A DNA stretch of 64,000 bases from Ptychomitrium polyphyllum (lineage: Eukaryota), in NCBI GenBank assembly GCA_973851085.1, contig OZ316775.1, positions 16,244,001-16,308,000 of the forward strand, written 5' to 3'. The notes under the pieces are model-generated. The model saw only the letters and a list, made by a program, of their open reading frames with translations, was not told the origin of the DNA and made no database searches. The translations under genes were made by a program, and so were the position numbers. Shown here in pieces: positions 12,600 to 25,192 of this stretch. Position 1 is the stretch's first letter. Each line of letters begins with the position of its first letter.

Positions 12600-13800
12600 T
12601 CTTTCGATGGAGAAATTGAACAATTATTTGGATGGTTGCTTGATTAACAAACAAAAAGAATGCTTATTGCAAAAACGTCATGGTATAGTTTTATAGCTTG
12701 TTTATAAAATTAAAATGGGTTGGCATATCCACAAATAAATCTTTGTCAAAATTATCATTAATATTTTTATTGTTGTTTTTTCTATTAAGTATAAATTTGC
12801 CATTAGCTTGAATACTTGGTCTTTTATAAATTTGATCACATCTTTCTTACTCCCTTGAAAAACATAAGCATGAAACAACTTTGGTACAATCTATCATTAT
12901 ACATGTTGTTCATTTTTTGCACTTTTTCACTAATTCTTATGTAAAAAGAAATGGAATTGCTTAGCTTATGTATTATTTAACCTCCTAATTGCACACTCCA
13001 TTAAAAATTTCAATTGGATTACTCTTTAGAAATTGAAATAAGATATTTGAAAGTGACAAGTCATTGTGAATGACTCTAGTTTTATGGTCTAAGTCCATAA
13101 CATAAATTGGTGCCCATGTTATCTTTATATGGTGTCTTTGATATGCTACAAGATACTTAGAAGTTTCTAAATCAATTCCATATTGCCATATTAGCATCCA
13201 GTTGTCTAAAATCAAAAAATATAATAAGTTAAAGCTCAAAATAGTTGCAAGCAAGTGGCCATTCTATCACAATGCAAATAATTCTAGTAATTTGTGATTG
13301 ATGGCTTATATTTCAATCATCATTTAATGTAAAGTTGAATATATTGTAGTATCCGTGATTTCTTTATTTAGAAATATTTTGGATTTATATGTTTGTTTTT
13401 TTTATGCTTGCAAATTCCAAGTGATTGGAGATGGTATCCATTCTTTCTATTTTGACCTTCCTAAACTTCTTATAAGGTCCTTCAAACTGAAAATTAGGCC
13501 CCAAATAGGAACCATTAGAGATTCATAATACTCTTCTTCTTGCCAAATGTCTTAACATCACAATTCTAAGTGCAAATACTTTTTGTACAAAACTTCAACT
13601 TTTGATCTCATTGAAATGCTTCATAATATAAATAAGCCATGTTAATATCTATTGCAATTTCCTCTTTGCTTCAATTTCACTACTACAAACTTAATTTGAT
13701 GGAGTTTTGACAATTGAAAAAATGTAGAAGTAGACATGGCCTCTTCTATAAAGAAATTGAGTACAAAAGTTATTTATACTTATATTTCTAAATTTGAATG
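12600..13800 (-). pseudogene. Intronless degenerate protein-kinase relic within an AT-rich island (~12000-14750)
   Basis: Colinear minus-strand fragments: GSYLGPNFQFEGPYKKFRKVKIERMDTISNHLEFASIK (subdomain I/II-like), H*MMIEI*AINHKLLELFAL**NGHL, VIHNDLSLSNILFQF (catalytic loop H.DL...N), IFNGVCN* (DFG/DWG position) and *IVPKLF (APE-like). There are many in-frame stops and no splice sites are needed. Confidence 0.7.
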
Positions 13801-15683
13801 TATTAAATCCAAGCATTAATTTAAAATAAAATTAAGAATACAAAAATAGAAGGCCATGACATTTGAAAGCAAAAATGCAAATAAATACAACTTAAAAAGT
13901 TTCCAAATATTAGCATTTTAGCCATGATGATTATAATTTTTGTATATAAATGATATGTAACTTACAATAATCAAATATCCATTGGCATTAAATATTTTTT
14001 TGGTGTTTTTCAGTTAATCACCATGTGCTACCAATTTCCATCCATGTTTGTTAAAGTCCATTTGTCTATCTAAATAATGCATATGGATTAGAATGCTTGA
14101 CAACTAATGGAAGGAATTTTTTACATGTTCAAATGAATTTAGGAAGGCCAATTTAATTACATTTGGATTGCTGGGAAAATTCAAAAGCCCAACAACAATC
14201 TAGGTGCTAGTGGATTGTCTGTCATCATGCTCTACATGTTAATTCACTGTATTTTTTCTTTATTTTGATCATACAAATTGTAGACGCTTGGCCTACATAT
14301 GAATTTGTGGATGAATCTAATAAAAAGCATGCTCAAAATAATTTAATGGTAGAATTTTAGAAATGTGATAAAAAACATATATAAAATCATGTTTCTAGTT
14401 TCCATTTTAAATATAATATTTATGCATTATTAGCAATTAATGAACAACATACTTCTTTTTCCTTCTTTTCAAGAGATTTTTTGTAAAGAACTATTTGCAT
14501 GCTCTCATTTAACCTAATTACAATCTCATGCTACTATATTTGGAAGTTCAAATCACCAAAATATTTGTTTTTCACACACTGCCAATTTTGATTTATTTCA
14601 AAAATAATAATAAATTATTTTCAGAAGTTCTTTCGACATGAGTAGAACACATTAAATACTTCTAGTAGTTAAGGTAAAAACAAACTTCAAAATGAAATAA
14701 TAAATCAAAATGAAATAGGAAGAAGATATACTTCAAAGCCATGATTATGCGCAAGAAGAAGAACAAAGCACAAGACTTAATCTCCGTATTAGAAGTTAAA
14801 ATGCAAATTGCATTGTGATGCATGCAAACCACTTGCTTCGAAAACTAGAGCAGTAGCATGCCAGCGTAGGAACAATCCCTACCTATCAGAGAATGCCATG
14901 TCTCTACTTTATTTGAAAAGTAGAGTGCCGGGCTCAAAGGAGGGCACCTGCGCTGGCAAGTCGAAGTCCACCTTCCAGTCATATGAACTCAGGAAGTCGC
15001 TCAGACTTCATCTGGTGAGGCATCGGACGACGACGACGACGACGACCATGAAGGTCGTCCCAACCTGCAGTTCATCGTCGCAAATTCTCCGTCGGCGTCA
15101 ATCTTCCGCAAGACGCGGGAGCTTTTCTACTATTCTCGGCCAGCTGAGAACGAACGGTATTCATCGTGTTAGGAGATGACAATCATCCGATGACCGTCTT
15201 TTTTCCATGTGAGGAGCTCCTCCGCTGTCGTGAGAGCGTTCTCCTTCTCGCCATCGCCACGCTCCGTCTCCTTCCCGTGCGATTTCTCGCGACCACCACA
15301 TCCCTGCTGCGGAAGCTGATCATGCCACATTGTTCCTCGGGTCGTAGGGATCACAGAAATAGTTTATTTGCCCCCTGAGGTGCTGTGTCGGTTCTAGGAG
15401 TCATAGAATTCTGGAGCTTAGTGTCCCAACCAAGCAAGCTGGTGGTTTTATGTTTTGTGTTGTTGCTGCTGTTCTGTGTTTGTGAATTCTCGCGTGGCTT
15501 CGTGTAGCCTTGGAACGCTGTCGTGGGAGGTTTTAGAGACTTGAGCTTTATGGTGATGAGCAAGGTGCGGGACAGGGAGCTTCAAGCGGACTGGTGGAGT
15601 TTCATGGGGACGGATTGTTCGATACCCTAAGTTGGAGACGAGGGCGGAGTGTATCAGGGTAGGTGCGTGGGTCGGGAGTTGAT

Positions 15684-17687
15684 ATGGCGAGCCGGGAAGC
15701 AATGGAGGAGTCGAAGGCTACATCGCAGAGTCTCGACTCGCCTCTTTATCATGCACCGACTTTGCGCCCCGGCATTGGCGCCCCTCGTTGCCCGCGCTGC
15801 TCTGCCCCCTTGTCCAAAGACCTTGTAATCTTTTCATCTTTCTTTTTATGCCGTTTACTTGATTACTTGAATGGTAACAAATCTTCCATTTTATCATGAT
15901 TGAAATCAGAATTTGGTAAAAGGAGCAAACTTCTCTGCGAGACTGTGTTTTCGAGTCCTGCATGTCCACGTCAAGAATGATCAATGAGTGATTCACAAGC
16001 TTTAAATGTTTGTTTTTTACTCGAAGTTCGATATCAGTTGAGATTAGTGCGTGTTGATGGTGGAATTTTAATTTTGAAAATATTCATGAGTCTTGAAATT
16101 GGCTGTTTAAGGATCATTTCATTCTCATATCTGTTTGACTTAGATGCTTGCTAATAGAATCATGGTTGCAGGAGGCGAGTGGGTGGACAATTGCGCCTTT
16201 TATGCGAGAGAGCTTTGCCATGGTAAGTTTCCTCCTTGAGACTTTGAGAATCTTGTGCAGTTTGTACGGTGAGCGGTGCTCCGCATTGATGCTGTTTCCG
16301 CTCGATTTTCATGGTTGATCACTCTAAGATAGGAAAAATAGGTGGGCAGATTCAGATGGTAGACTGCGGAGCGTATCTGGGGTCGCTATGCTTTCACTCT
16401 CTCTGATTACGGGGCATCTTTTAATTTGAGCTCAGTTGAAGTATCTTTGGGAGTCTTGACTGAATTCTGGAGCTAGTATTGCTTTATACGAAATATCCAG
16501 TTGAATTGCATGTGGTTGCAGGTTGGAACCGCGGCAGGAGGCAGTCTCGCCAGCTTCTATGCTTTTAACGCAGGTGAGTGCTTTAATTCTGTGAACGGTG
16601 ATGTCAGTTTGGCTGTTGCCTGTTTAGTTCTTTAAATTCTGAAGCAGCCTGCCCCCGTTCTCGGATTTACTTGGCTATGCATCACGTATTTCATGTTTAT
16701 CATCTCACATATGCTGGAGTTACTCGATCGTCTCGATTACCACGAGTGGTTATATCCTATTTCTCTTGAAGGTGTAGAAGCTGTTGTTACTGAAGGAAAG
16801 TATATGATTAGTGCTTGGGTTGCATACGAACTATTTAACATTCTGTATAGACATTGTCAAATCTGTAATGCCTTCAAAGGATCTTGGAGGAGTTGGTTTG
16901 ACTGAATGAACATGTGTGCAATGCAACATGAGAAGTGGCAATTGGTGCGGTGCCCATATCATTTGGTCTTTAAAACAATTCTCTGATTTTAAAATAGGTG
17001 TTGGAATTTTTGATAACCTTTGTTGTTTTTCATTGCAGTGATGCCACACGTTAAGAAGAGGGTTGGTGGACCAATTTGGTGGCAATTTGTTGTGGGGGTA
17101 TGAATTTCGTGGATTTTCTCGTTATGTTTAAGAAAGGTTATACAATCTCGTTTGCGTGAACTGCAAGGGCAGTTGTTCTTATCATCTTATTGACAAACAA
17201 TATTTGTAACTTATTATTTTGTTCTTACTTATGGTTTCTATGTTATTTCTGCAGCTACCACCGGTACTACTATTTTCTGTTGGCTGTGCCGGTCTTGCTG
17301 GTATGCAAACTGTCAACTTGTACCATGACTAATGTTTTTGCTTTTGTTTGTTGCGCATTCTGGGCTTTGATTTGGACATCAGATATTTTGTCTACATTCT
17401 TTGTATATGTAGATTACAGTTTTTCCGCTTTTATTTCATCTCAAGGACATATGATTTCTCGATTTCTCACTATGAAAACGTGATGTATTCATTATACATC
17501 ACCTTTTACAGGTGGTTCATTACCTGCACTTGCTCAATTGGCGGTTTCTACTTATCACACTGCCAATGCATCATCACACGCGGCAATATCTGGGATCACC
17601 ATGAGAGTGGAAGAAAGAGGGACAAATCATTTGATGCCTCAGTTGAGAGAGTCCTCGCATCAATCTCCTGTCAATCAGAAGAACTGA
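15684..17687 (+). CDS. Small conserved plant membrane protein of unknown function, ~175 aa. Exons 15684-15824, 16172-16222, 16522-16573, 17039-17097, 17255-17300, 17512-17687
   Basis: Six phase-compatible GT-AG exons give MASRE...GIGAPRCPRCSAPLSKDL|EASGWTIAPFMRESFAM|VGTAAGGSLASFYAFNA|VMPHVKKRVGGPIWWQFVVG|LPPVLLFSVGCAGLA|GGSLPALAQLAVSTYH...*, with a CxxC motif and two Gly/Ala-rich hydrophobic segments. Confidence 0.85.
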
Positions 17688-18733
17688 TTCAACTCCCGGC
17701 ACTTTTTTCTTCTCGCCTTGCCTTCTGAAATAACACTTGTGCCCGACTAGCCGGGTCGAGAGCAAATCTAGAGTCCCTTGTTTCAGTCTGCAGGCGTAGA
17801 GATGCCTAATGCTTGTAAAAGTATTGTCCCTCCTGGAGTGACAAACCTAAAACCTGGACATGTTAATTTCGTAATAGTCATGTCATCTTCGTCATAGACA
17901 TGCTATCTTTACCATACAGTAGTCCTAAAGTAGCCATATCCTCAGCTGTGTACAGGCCAATTTCCCCATCAATTCACATCATTCCGTTTTCCGCAGCAAC
18001 ATTTCTCTTGTTAAAAGCATGTGCGATAATCCTAGAAGCAGCATGACCACCATATGTTTTCTAGTTTTAGATCTATCCGTTCTGTTGCTTTGCTTGCATC
18101 TTTGTAGAGTCCCCAGTTTTGTATCATTCTGCACGATCTGGAGGATCAGTATTTGGTTCCGTGAGCAACCGTTCGAATGTCGCGACTTTCCGACCTGTTC
18201 CTGGTCGAGTCCTTGACAATTCAGTCCTCCATTTACAAACACAAATTCGTGCGGAATGTGTAATGCATGCGCTTGTCTATTTTGGTTTTCTGTGTTGATT
18301 GAGGACGAACCCAAAGCACATTCTTTGTGGTCCAGTATAGCAGAAAACTGGACTTCAGTTCAGGAAAGATGCACACGATAGCTGGTTGGCACCTTCATGT
18401 GGCTTTTACCTGAGCTAGTGTTGACACTTGGAAGAGCATTTTTGCCATTTTAGATTTCGCTAGCAACCCCACGGCCATGGCAACTAGCCTCGGGAATTTA
18501 GCCTTAGTGAGAGAATAGCCCTACCGGAAACGCTTTGCTAAAGTCTGACGTTGTTTACGAGTTTTCACGCCCTGAGGTTGCAAGCTCTTTGTGGGTTTCT
18601 TTTATGCGTGACGAGATAGAAAGGAACGGCACCCATTTCGCCCGTGCAGTTGATTGAAGACATTGGCAGCGAGTTTAAGGGGGCCACCAGAAGCGCGGCG
18701 TGACAGTTTGGTGGAGCGGGAGGAATTTGCAGC

Positions 18734-21700
18734 ATGAGGGGCATTTGTGGTGTACGCGCTAAGTCCCCACCATGGCTGTTCCCTGCCCTTCTTCGCCAGG
18801 CAAGGAACCTGAGCTTAGTTTCATTGCTGTTGGTTGTTTTTCTTCAAGTTTTTAGTGCTTCTGTAGTAGTGCTTTGAAGTATTTGGTGTCCGGAACTGAT
18901 ACGTCGGTCCTGTTTCTGTGGGTTGCGGATTTTTTCACTTCGGAATCTGGTCTGAGTTTTGAAGGGGTCTGAACATGGCGATGGATGTTGGATGGTGCGA
19001 TAAGTATTTTGTTGGTGAGTGTTGCATGAGTGGCCGATTTGACGAGAGTTTTTGCGTATGCAGATGGGGACGATGGTGCAGCTGAAGGACATGGGACTGT
19101 TCAGATCGCAGGGGCTGATCGGTGACCAGTGGGTCGATGCGGAAGATGGGCGCACTCTCCCAGTATGTGCAATCTCATCCAGTCACGAAGCAGTCGCTGT
19201 CTTCGGCCGCTGTAGTTTTGAATGACCCAGATTTGATATCTTGCTGTCATCCTCTCCTGCAACGTCGATATGAGGTCCTGATGTATGTTTTTCTCATGCG
19301 TAATAAGGTATCCTTTATGAAACTGCAACCTAAGCGCAGCCCCCTGTATGGTTAGCCTCTGCGTATCATCTTTCTCGGCAGGTCATAAGATTGTCAGATT
19401 TGGTGTCCGTGCTCACATGGCTATGGAGAATGGCACGTTGCTTACAGGCACCATGTGGGATGTTCGGGGTTATCGGGAAGGGCCTCTTATAGGTTAATAA
19501 CCCAGCCACAGGGGAGATTCTTACGTCTGTACCATTCATGAATGGAGAAGACACCAAGAAGGCGATTGCTGCAGCGTCACACGCTTTTCCATGTACACCC
19601 TCCTATCATGTTCTCATCAAGGGTTGTTTTGTTGTTCTGTTTACACTTGTGGCTATGTTAAAGCGATGTTAAGTCGACGAGGCTATGGCTTAATATTTGG
19701 GTAGCTGTTGTACTTAGGTGTTGTAGTGCATGAAAGACTCCAATCTTGGTTCCTTTACTGTCATTGAGCTGAGTACTGGATTTGATAGAGTGTCTGAAGT
19801 TTTGGAGGTGAAACTGGAGTGTGCAGTGTCACCTCTGTGACCTACATTCACGCCTCAGTTTTAGAGATATGATTTTCCGTGCTCAAGCTCAAAATTGTCC
19901 TATGCGAATTGCTTGTTCAAACGAGAGCTCAGCAGTCACTCGGTTGAGGGAATGACGGTTGCCTTCTGGCATTTCATCTGATTTTCTGACCCTAATGCTC
20001 TATACAGCTTGGAGTATGCGGACGGCAAGTGACAGAAGCAAACTCATGCGGAATTGGTGAGCGCTTCCCATAAGCTACTTTACAAATGACATAGAGATGT
20101 CATGGGTTTGGAAAAAGTGGATTATGGGTTGATTTTTAGCTGAAATTGACGAAGTTATTTTTCTAGCTGTTATAGGGTTTGAAAGGGATGGCTATCGGAG
20201 TCTTTATGAGTTGACAAGTTACGCTATGATTCTTCTTTTTCGACAATGTTTTAGTGTATGGGTGCTTGACGAATATGAGTCGCAGAGATCGACTTCATCT
20301 TTTTGATGCCGCTGATACGTTCGGTTCATCTTTTTTTGCTCTAACTTTCTGGTTCTTATTGGTTCTAAGGTTCAATCTGCTTATCGAAAACAAAGATGAC
20401 CTTGCGAAGATCATGGTCTTGGAGCAAGGAAAACCACTTGTTGAAGCAGCCGGAGAGGTGATCATCGAACAGTTCATCATCAAGGCATTTTGTCTTGCAA
20501 AACTTCATTTGTTCTTTGTATAACAATTTGCATCTTGTATGTCTGCTTGGCAGACTTGAGAGAGAGAAAGCTACGAGCCTGTTGTAATTTGGAGGTTTCA
20601 AATTGAACTGTGTTGAAAATTGTAAGAGTTTGTTTTATCAAGTGGTAGATACGGCTTCTTATCTGTAGGTTGTGGTTCTAAAATGTGAATTTGCAGATCG
20701 TGTATGGTGCATCCTTTGTGGAGTTCTACGCAGAAGAAGGAAAGCGAGTTTATGGCGACATAATTCCCTCTCCTTGCGCAGAGAAACGTATGCTGGTGAT
20801 GAAACATGTAATTCATTGGGACAACCTTCTCTTAGTTTCTTAAATATAGCATACATGAAATACGACAAAGTTCTTTTCTAATGCGAAATGATGGAGTTTT
20901 ATGTGGTTTCACTATGTTGGTAACAGAGTTGATGATAATTATTTCCTTTTTCGTTTTTATATGTTTTTCAATGCCTCTTACGTAATTTTTTTTTTTAATG
21001 TACCATTGAGGCTGGTTGTAAAGAAGTTACCAATGACGACATAACGATTGCAACTTTTAACGAAATTATCTGTTGATTGACAGCCAATTGGAGTGGTAGG
21101 TGCTGTAACACCGTGGAATTTTCCTCTGGCCATGATCACTCGCAAGGTTCATATCTCACCTTCATACTTCAATAGTACTTCATTCCCAGGTCTCTTTACT
21201 AAGCTGGTGTTTGTCCTGGGAGACCCAACATTTTTGTTTTTTAATAAGCTCTTTCGAGAACAATGAGATTGATGCATTTGGTTAAGTAATCTTATAAGCT
21301 TAATCCATTGTGATTTGAAGTAGAAGTTGAAGACTGTACAGTAGAGGAGAACGAACTAGAGGGGAATAATATGATCAAGGTGGTTGACATTGTTGATCAC
21401 AGGTGGCACCAGCGTTAGCAGCAGGATGCACTGTGGTTGTAAAGCCTTCAGAACTTACTCCTTTGACGGCCCTAGCAGCCGCAGACCTTGCACTGCAAGC
21501 AGGCATCCCGCCTGTAAGATGCGATTTCCACTTAGCAGAATTCTTCGAGATGAGAGCTTTTGCAGGATAGTCTAGCAGTTAAATTATTATTACGTTTCGA
21601 TCATCGCCTGGGTTTTATGAGAGGTGTCATTGCTTACAGGGTGTGGTTAACGTCGTGATGGGAGATGCGGTGGAAATCGGGAATGCTTTACTAGACAGCA

Positions 21701-24700
21701 CAAAGGTAGGTTTACTTATCTTTTGCTAGGCACCAAAAAATTCCATTGGCACAATTGGATGACAAGCTCCTTTTGAGATCTGTTCCCTCTCTGATATATG
21801 GTTATTGCAGTTTCTATTTCCTTTACTGAAAGTCCTAGTCTGTATACTTTGCCCGCTTGATATCAAGCAACTGGACATTTTTTAATGTAAATGTTTTTGG
21901 AGTCTGTAATCAAGGTCAATTACAAAGAACTGGTCCTTTTATTTTACAAGCTTCATGTGCTTGGAATATCTTGTTATCCGGCAGGTTCGGAAAATCACCT
22001 TCACAGGCTCAACAGCAGTTGGGAAATCACTCATGACTGGGGCTGGAAAGACTGTGAAAAAGGTAGGCTACTCATCTGGATATTTTGTATATTTGTGTTC
22101 TCATATTTGGCCAGACCTGTAGTGGGATATTAAATACGAGGAGTGTTATTTTGCAGGTTTCTTTAGAGCTCGGTGGTAATGCACCCTGCATCATTTTCGA
22201 TGATGCTAATCTGGAAATTGCCGTTAAAGGAGCGGTATTTATTTCTTATTGCCCGTTGACTTTTCACATATTTAGTTGTTAGCTGCGAATTGTAACCTAA
22301 CAGATGCAGAGAGATTGTAGAATTATTGCATGAATTATTTGTGATGCTCAAATTCTGGTGGATGCAGCTGGCTGGCAAATACAGGAACTCGGGTCAAACC
22401 TGTGTTTGCATCAACCGCATTCTTGTGCAAGACGGTAAGATCTCGGATTTCTAACTTTATCATCATACTGTAGTATTGTGAGCTTCGAATTTGTATGATC
22501 GTGCGTACAGGATTGCTCTGCTGCATCAAATTTACAAAGCGTCCAAATTCTTGATTTTCAATTCCTGCTGTAGTCGCTACAAACTGACTTATTTGAGAAC
22601 AGGTATTTATGACAAGTTTGCTGAGGCTTTTTTGAAGGCAGTGTCAGAATTACGTGTAGGGAATGGGCTTGAACAAGGCGTTACCCAGGTTTGTACTTGG
22701 ACACCAGCAGACTATGTGCGTCGGATATAGTCTTGTATCAGTCCATTGCTATTCCGTGTTGCATAAGCATTGAAATTATAGACACTCTCAATCTCTCTCA
22801 GCTGTTAACTACTACTAGTGTTATGCAGGGACCATTAATCAATGAGGCAGCACTTGACAAGGTAGGACCCGTTCTGCAAACACTTCACATTAATTCGTTC
22901 AAGAAAGTCCTCAAATTGATTTACACCGTTTTATAATGTTATACGTATGCCAAAATTGACGCTGGAATTTTGTTCTTTCATAATGCCTATTATCTTTCCA
23001 GGAGACTTCACGGTGCCCTGAAAGAGAAGACGTGGGCTCAGCGCTGATCAATTGTCTGAAGTTGGTCACAGTGTGATGATGGCAAAGAATAGTGGCTGAG
23101 TAATATAAGCATACATGGCGTCCTGCTCTGCTGTCAATCCCGAGTAATCTGATTAAAAACAATGTTTATATCTGCAGGTTGAAAGACATGTACAAGATGC
23201 AGTGTCAAAGGTGAATGATATTCTGTGCTCTCATTAATTAATTTATATATGCCTGTATCTAGTTGATTTGTATGGTAAACAGTATGCTAGGACCTGAAGT
23301 ATTACGAGATTTGCCAAATTGGATGGTTGCGGATGTCTCGAACTTATGGTGGCCGATGCTTCTGAGACTGTATTGGCATTGTAAGAAATTTGTAGATGTT
23401 CGTGAACTCTTGCAGTTTAGAGTTTACTTTTTGCAAGCATGCTGAGTCGGCGGTATAATGTGCACAGATATAGCTACGTCTTATACTTGTGTTGTACGTC
23501 ATACTCATTACTTTGAAGGAGTTGGAAGTTTACCCTGGCTGGTCTGCTATTTCTACATAGGGAGCCAAGGTGCTGCTTGGAGGGAAACGGCATAGTTTGG
23601 GTCGCACGTTCTACGAACCCACCGTCCTTGGCAACGCTAGTGATCAAATGATGATTTTCAAGTACTGATCGTTTGCTTAGCTCCTCGATTCTTACATATG
23701 GAAAATGAGTCATTGCGCTAAATTGAATATCTTGTATGTTTATGTTACTGTACTGTAACTGAAAGCAACTAAATCTTATACTTTAATTTGACCTTCTGTT
23801 ACTTTTAACATTGTTGTTTTACCTAAAATTTCTTTCACTATATTTGATAGGAAATGAACTCGACGTTATATAAAGATTCTGAATTGTGGCCTATCTTTGA
23901 ATTCATCTGTGCCTGGTGAAGGGAGGAGGTGTTTGGACCAGTAGCTCCTCTTGTGCGATTTACAACAGATGAGGAAGCTATCAAGATGTCTAATGATTCC
24001 GAGTTTGGTAAGTATCATGACTTTGACGACTAGATACATCACAATAGAATGTGAAAACCTCCGAAACAAGTCGGAACATAGACAGAGGCTCCTCTCAGTA
24101 AATTCGTGAACTGGCTGCTCAGTTAGATTTTGTTAGCTTAGACCCAATAGCAGATTGTGGAGGAAGTCTTTGGCTTGATTTTAATAATTGTCTTCAGTAT
24201 GCTGGTCACATGGCAAATTGGTATTAAACCACGTGTTGCGATTGAGCAGGGTTAGCCGCATATGCTTTCACAGAGAACATTGCTCGAGGTTGGCGTGTGG
24301 CTGAGTCACTCGAATATGGCATGGTTGGTATAAATGAAGGTCTCATCTCGACTGAGGTAACATCAAATCCTCCGGGATGACTTGCCTCCTAATTATGTTT
24401 ACATTCTCTTTGCAGATCTATCTTTATTTCAGCACTTTTGCGATGCTGCACGCATAGTTGAACCTTAAATCCTAAACCTAAACTTGTGCTAGTGTGGGTT
24501 AAGCCCACGAGTCTATGAATAGCTGATATATATTCAGTTTTGCAATCTCCTGTCTCATGTTAGTGAATTTAATACAGGTAGCGCCTTTTGGAGGTACAAA
24601 GCAGTCAGGACTAGGTCGTGAAGGATCCAAGTATGGTACTGACGAATATCTTGAGGTACTATTTTCTTTAAGTTGCAACTTTAGCTCTCGTCTTTTAAAA

Positions 24701-25192
24701 CTCACATTATACGAACACTTAATTGAGTCATTCATAGAATGCGTTAATGTTCCAAGCAACCTGCATGCCTTGTTTTCAAGACGTCAACAATTAAAGAAAC
24801 ATGTGCGTAAGAGGTCTTTGCAGTAGGACACGTTCGTAAACTCGAAAACGTTGACTCGGGACTTTAGAGGTGTTCTTGGACTGGCACGGAAGAAAAACAG
24901 AATTTTGGAGCACTTAAATCTTGAGAAATCGTTCTTTTTAATGCTCCTGATCTTTCAGTGGAAACGATTAGTGATTTCTTTGAGTTCCAACTGGACATAG
25001 CATCAACGATATAGAAATTTTGCATCCCATCACTTGCTTAAAATCAATTATAGAGCAGTACCTGCTTATACTTGTTTGATTGCACTAGAGTTCAATGTGA
25101 CCTATAAGAACTTAGTTATGGTTTACTTGATATGTGACTCTGTGCAGGTGAAGTACGTGTGTTTTGGTAACATGAAGCAACCTGTTATTTGA
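18734..25192 (+). CDS. SSADH1: Mitochondrial succinate-semialdehyde dehydrogenase (ALDH5F), 20 exons: 18734-18799, 19064-19162, 19493-19592, 20008-20056, 20370-20457, 20697-20807, 21084-21146, 21403-21513, 21640-21705, 21985-22062, 22157-22234, 22368-22434, 22603-22688, 22829-22861, 23178-23210, 23560-23661, 23922-24007, 24250-24356, 24578-24655, 25148-25192
   Basis: ALDH motifs [50 protein letters not shown] (catalytic Cys), EEVFGP and [19 protein letters not shown]; all junctions are in phase. Confidence 0.96.

Noticed and set aside
14808..15702. ORF cluster with a poly-Thr run
   Set aside because: It arises from a (GAC)n microsatellite and the GC-rich promoter/5' UTR of the 15684 gene, with no protein-like features.
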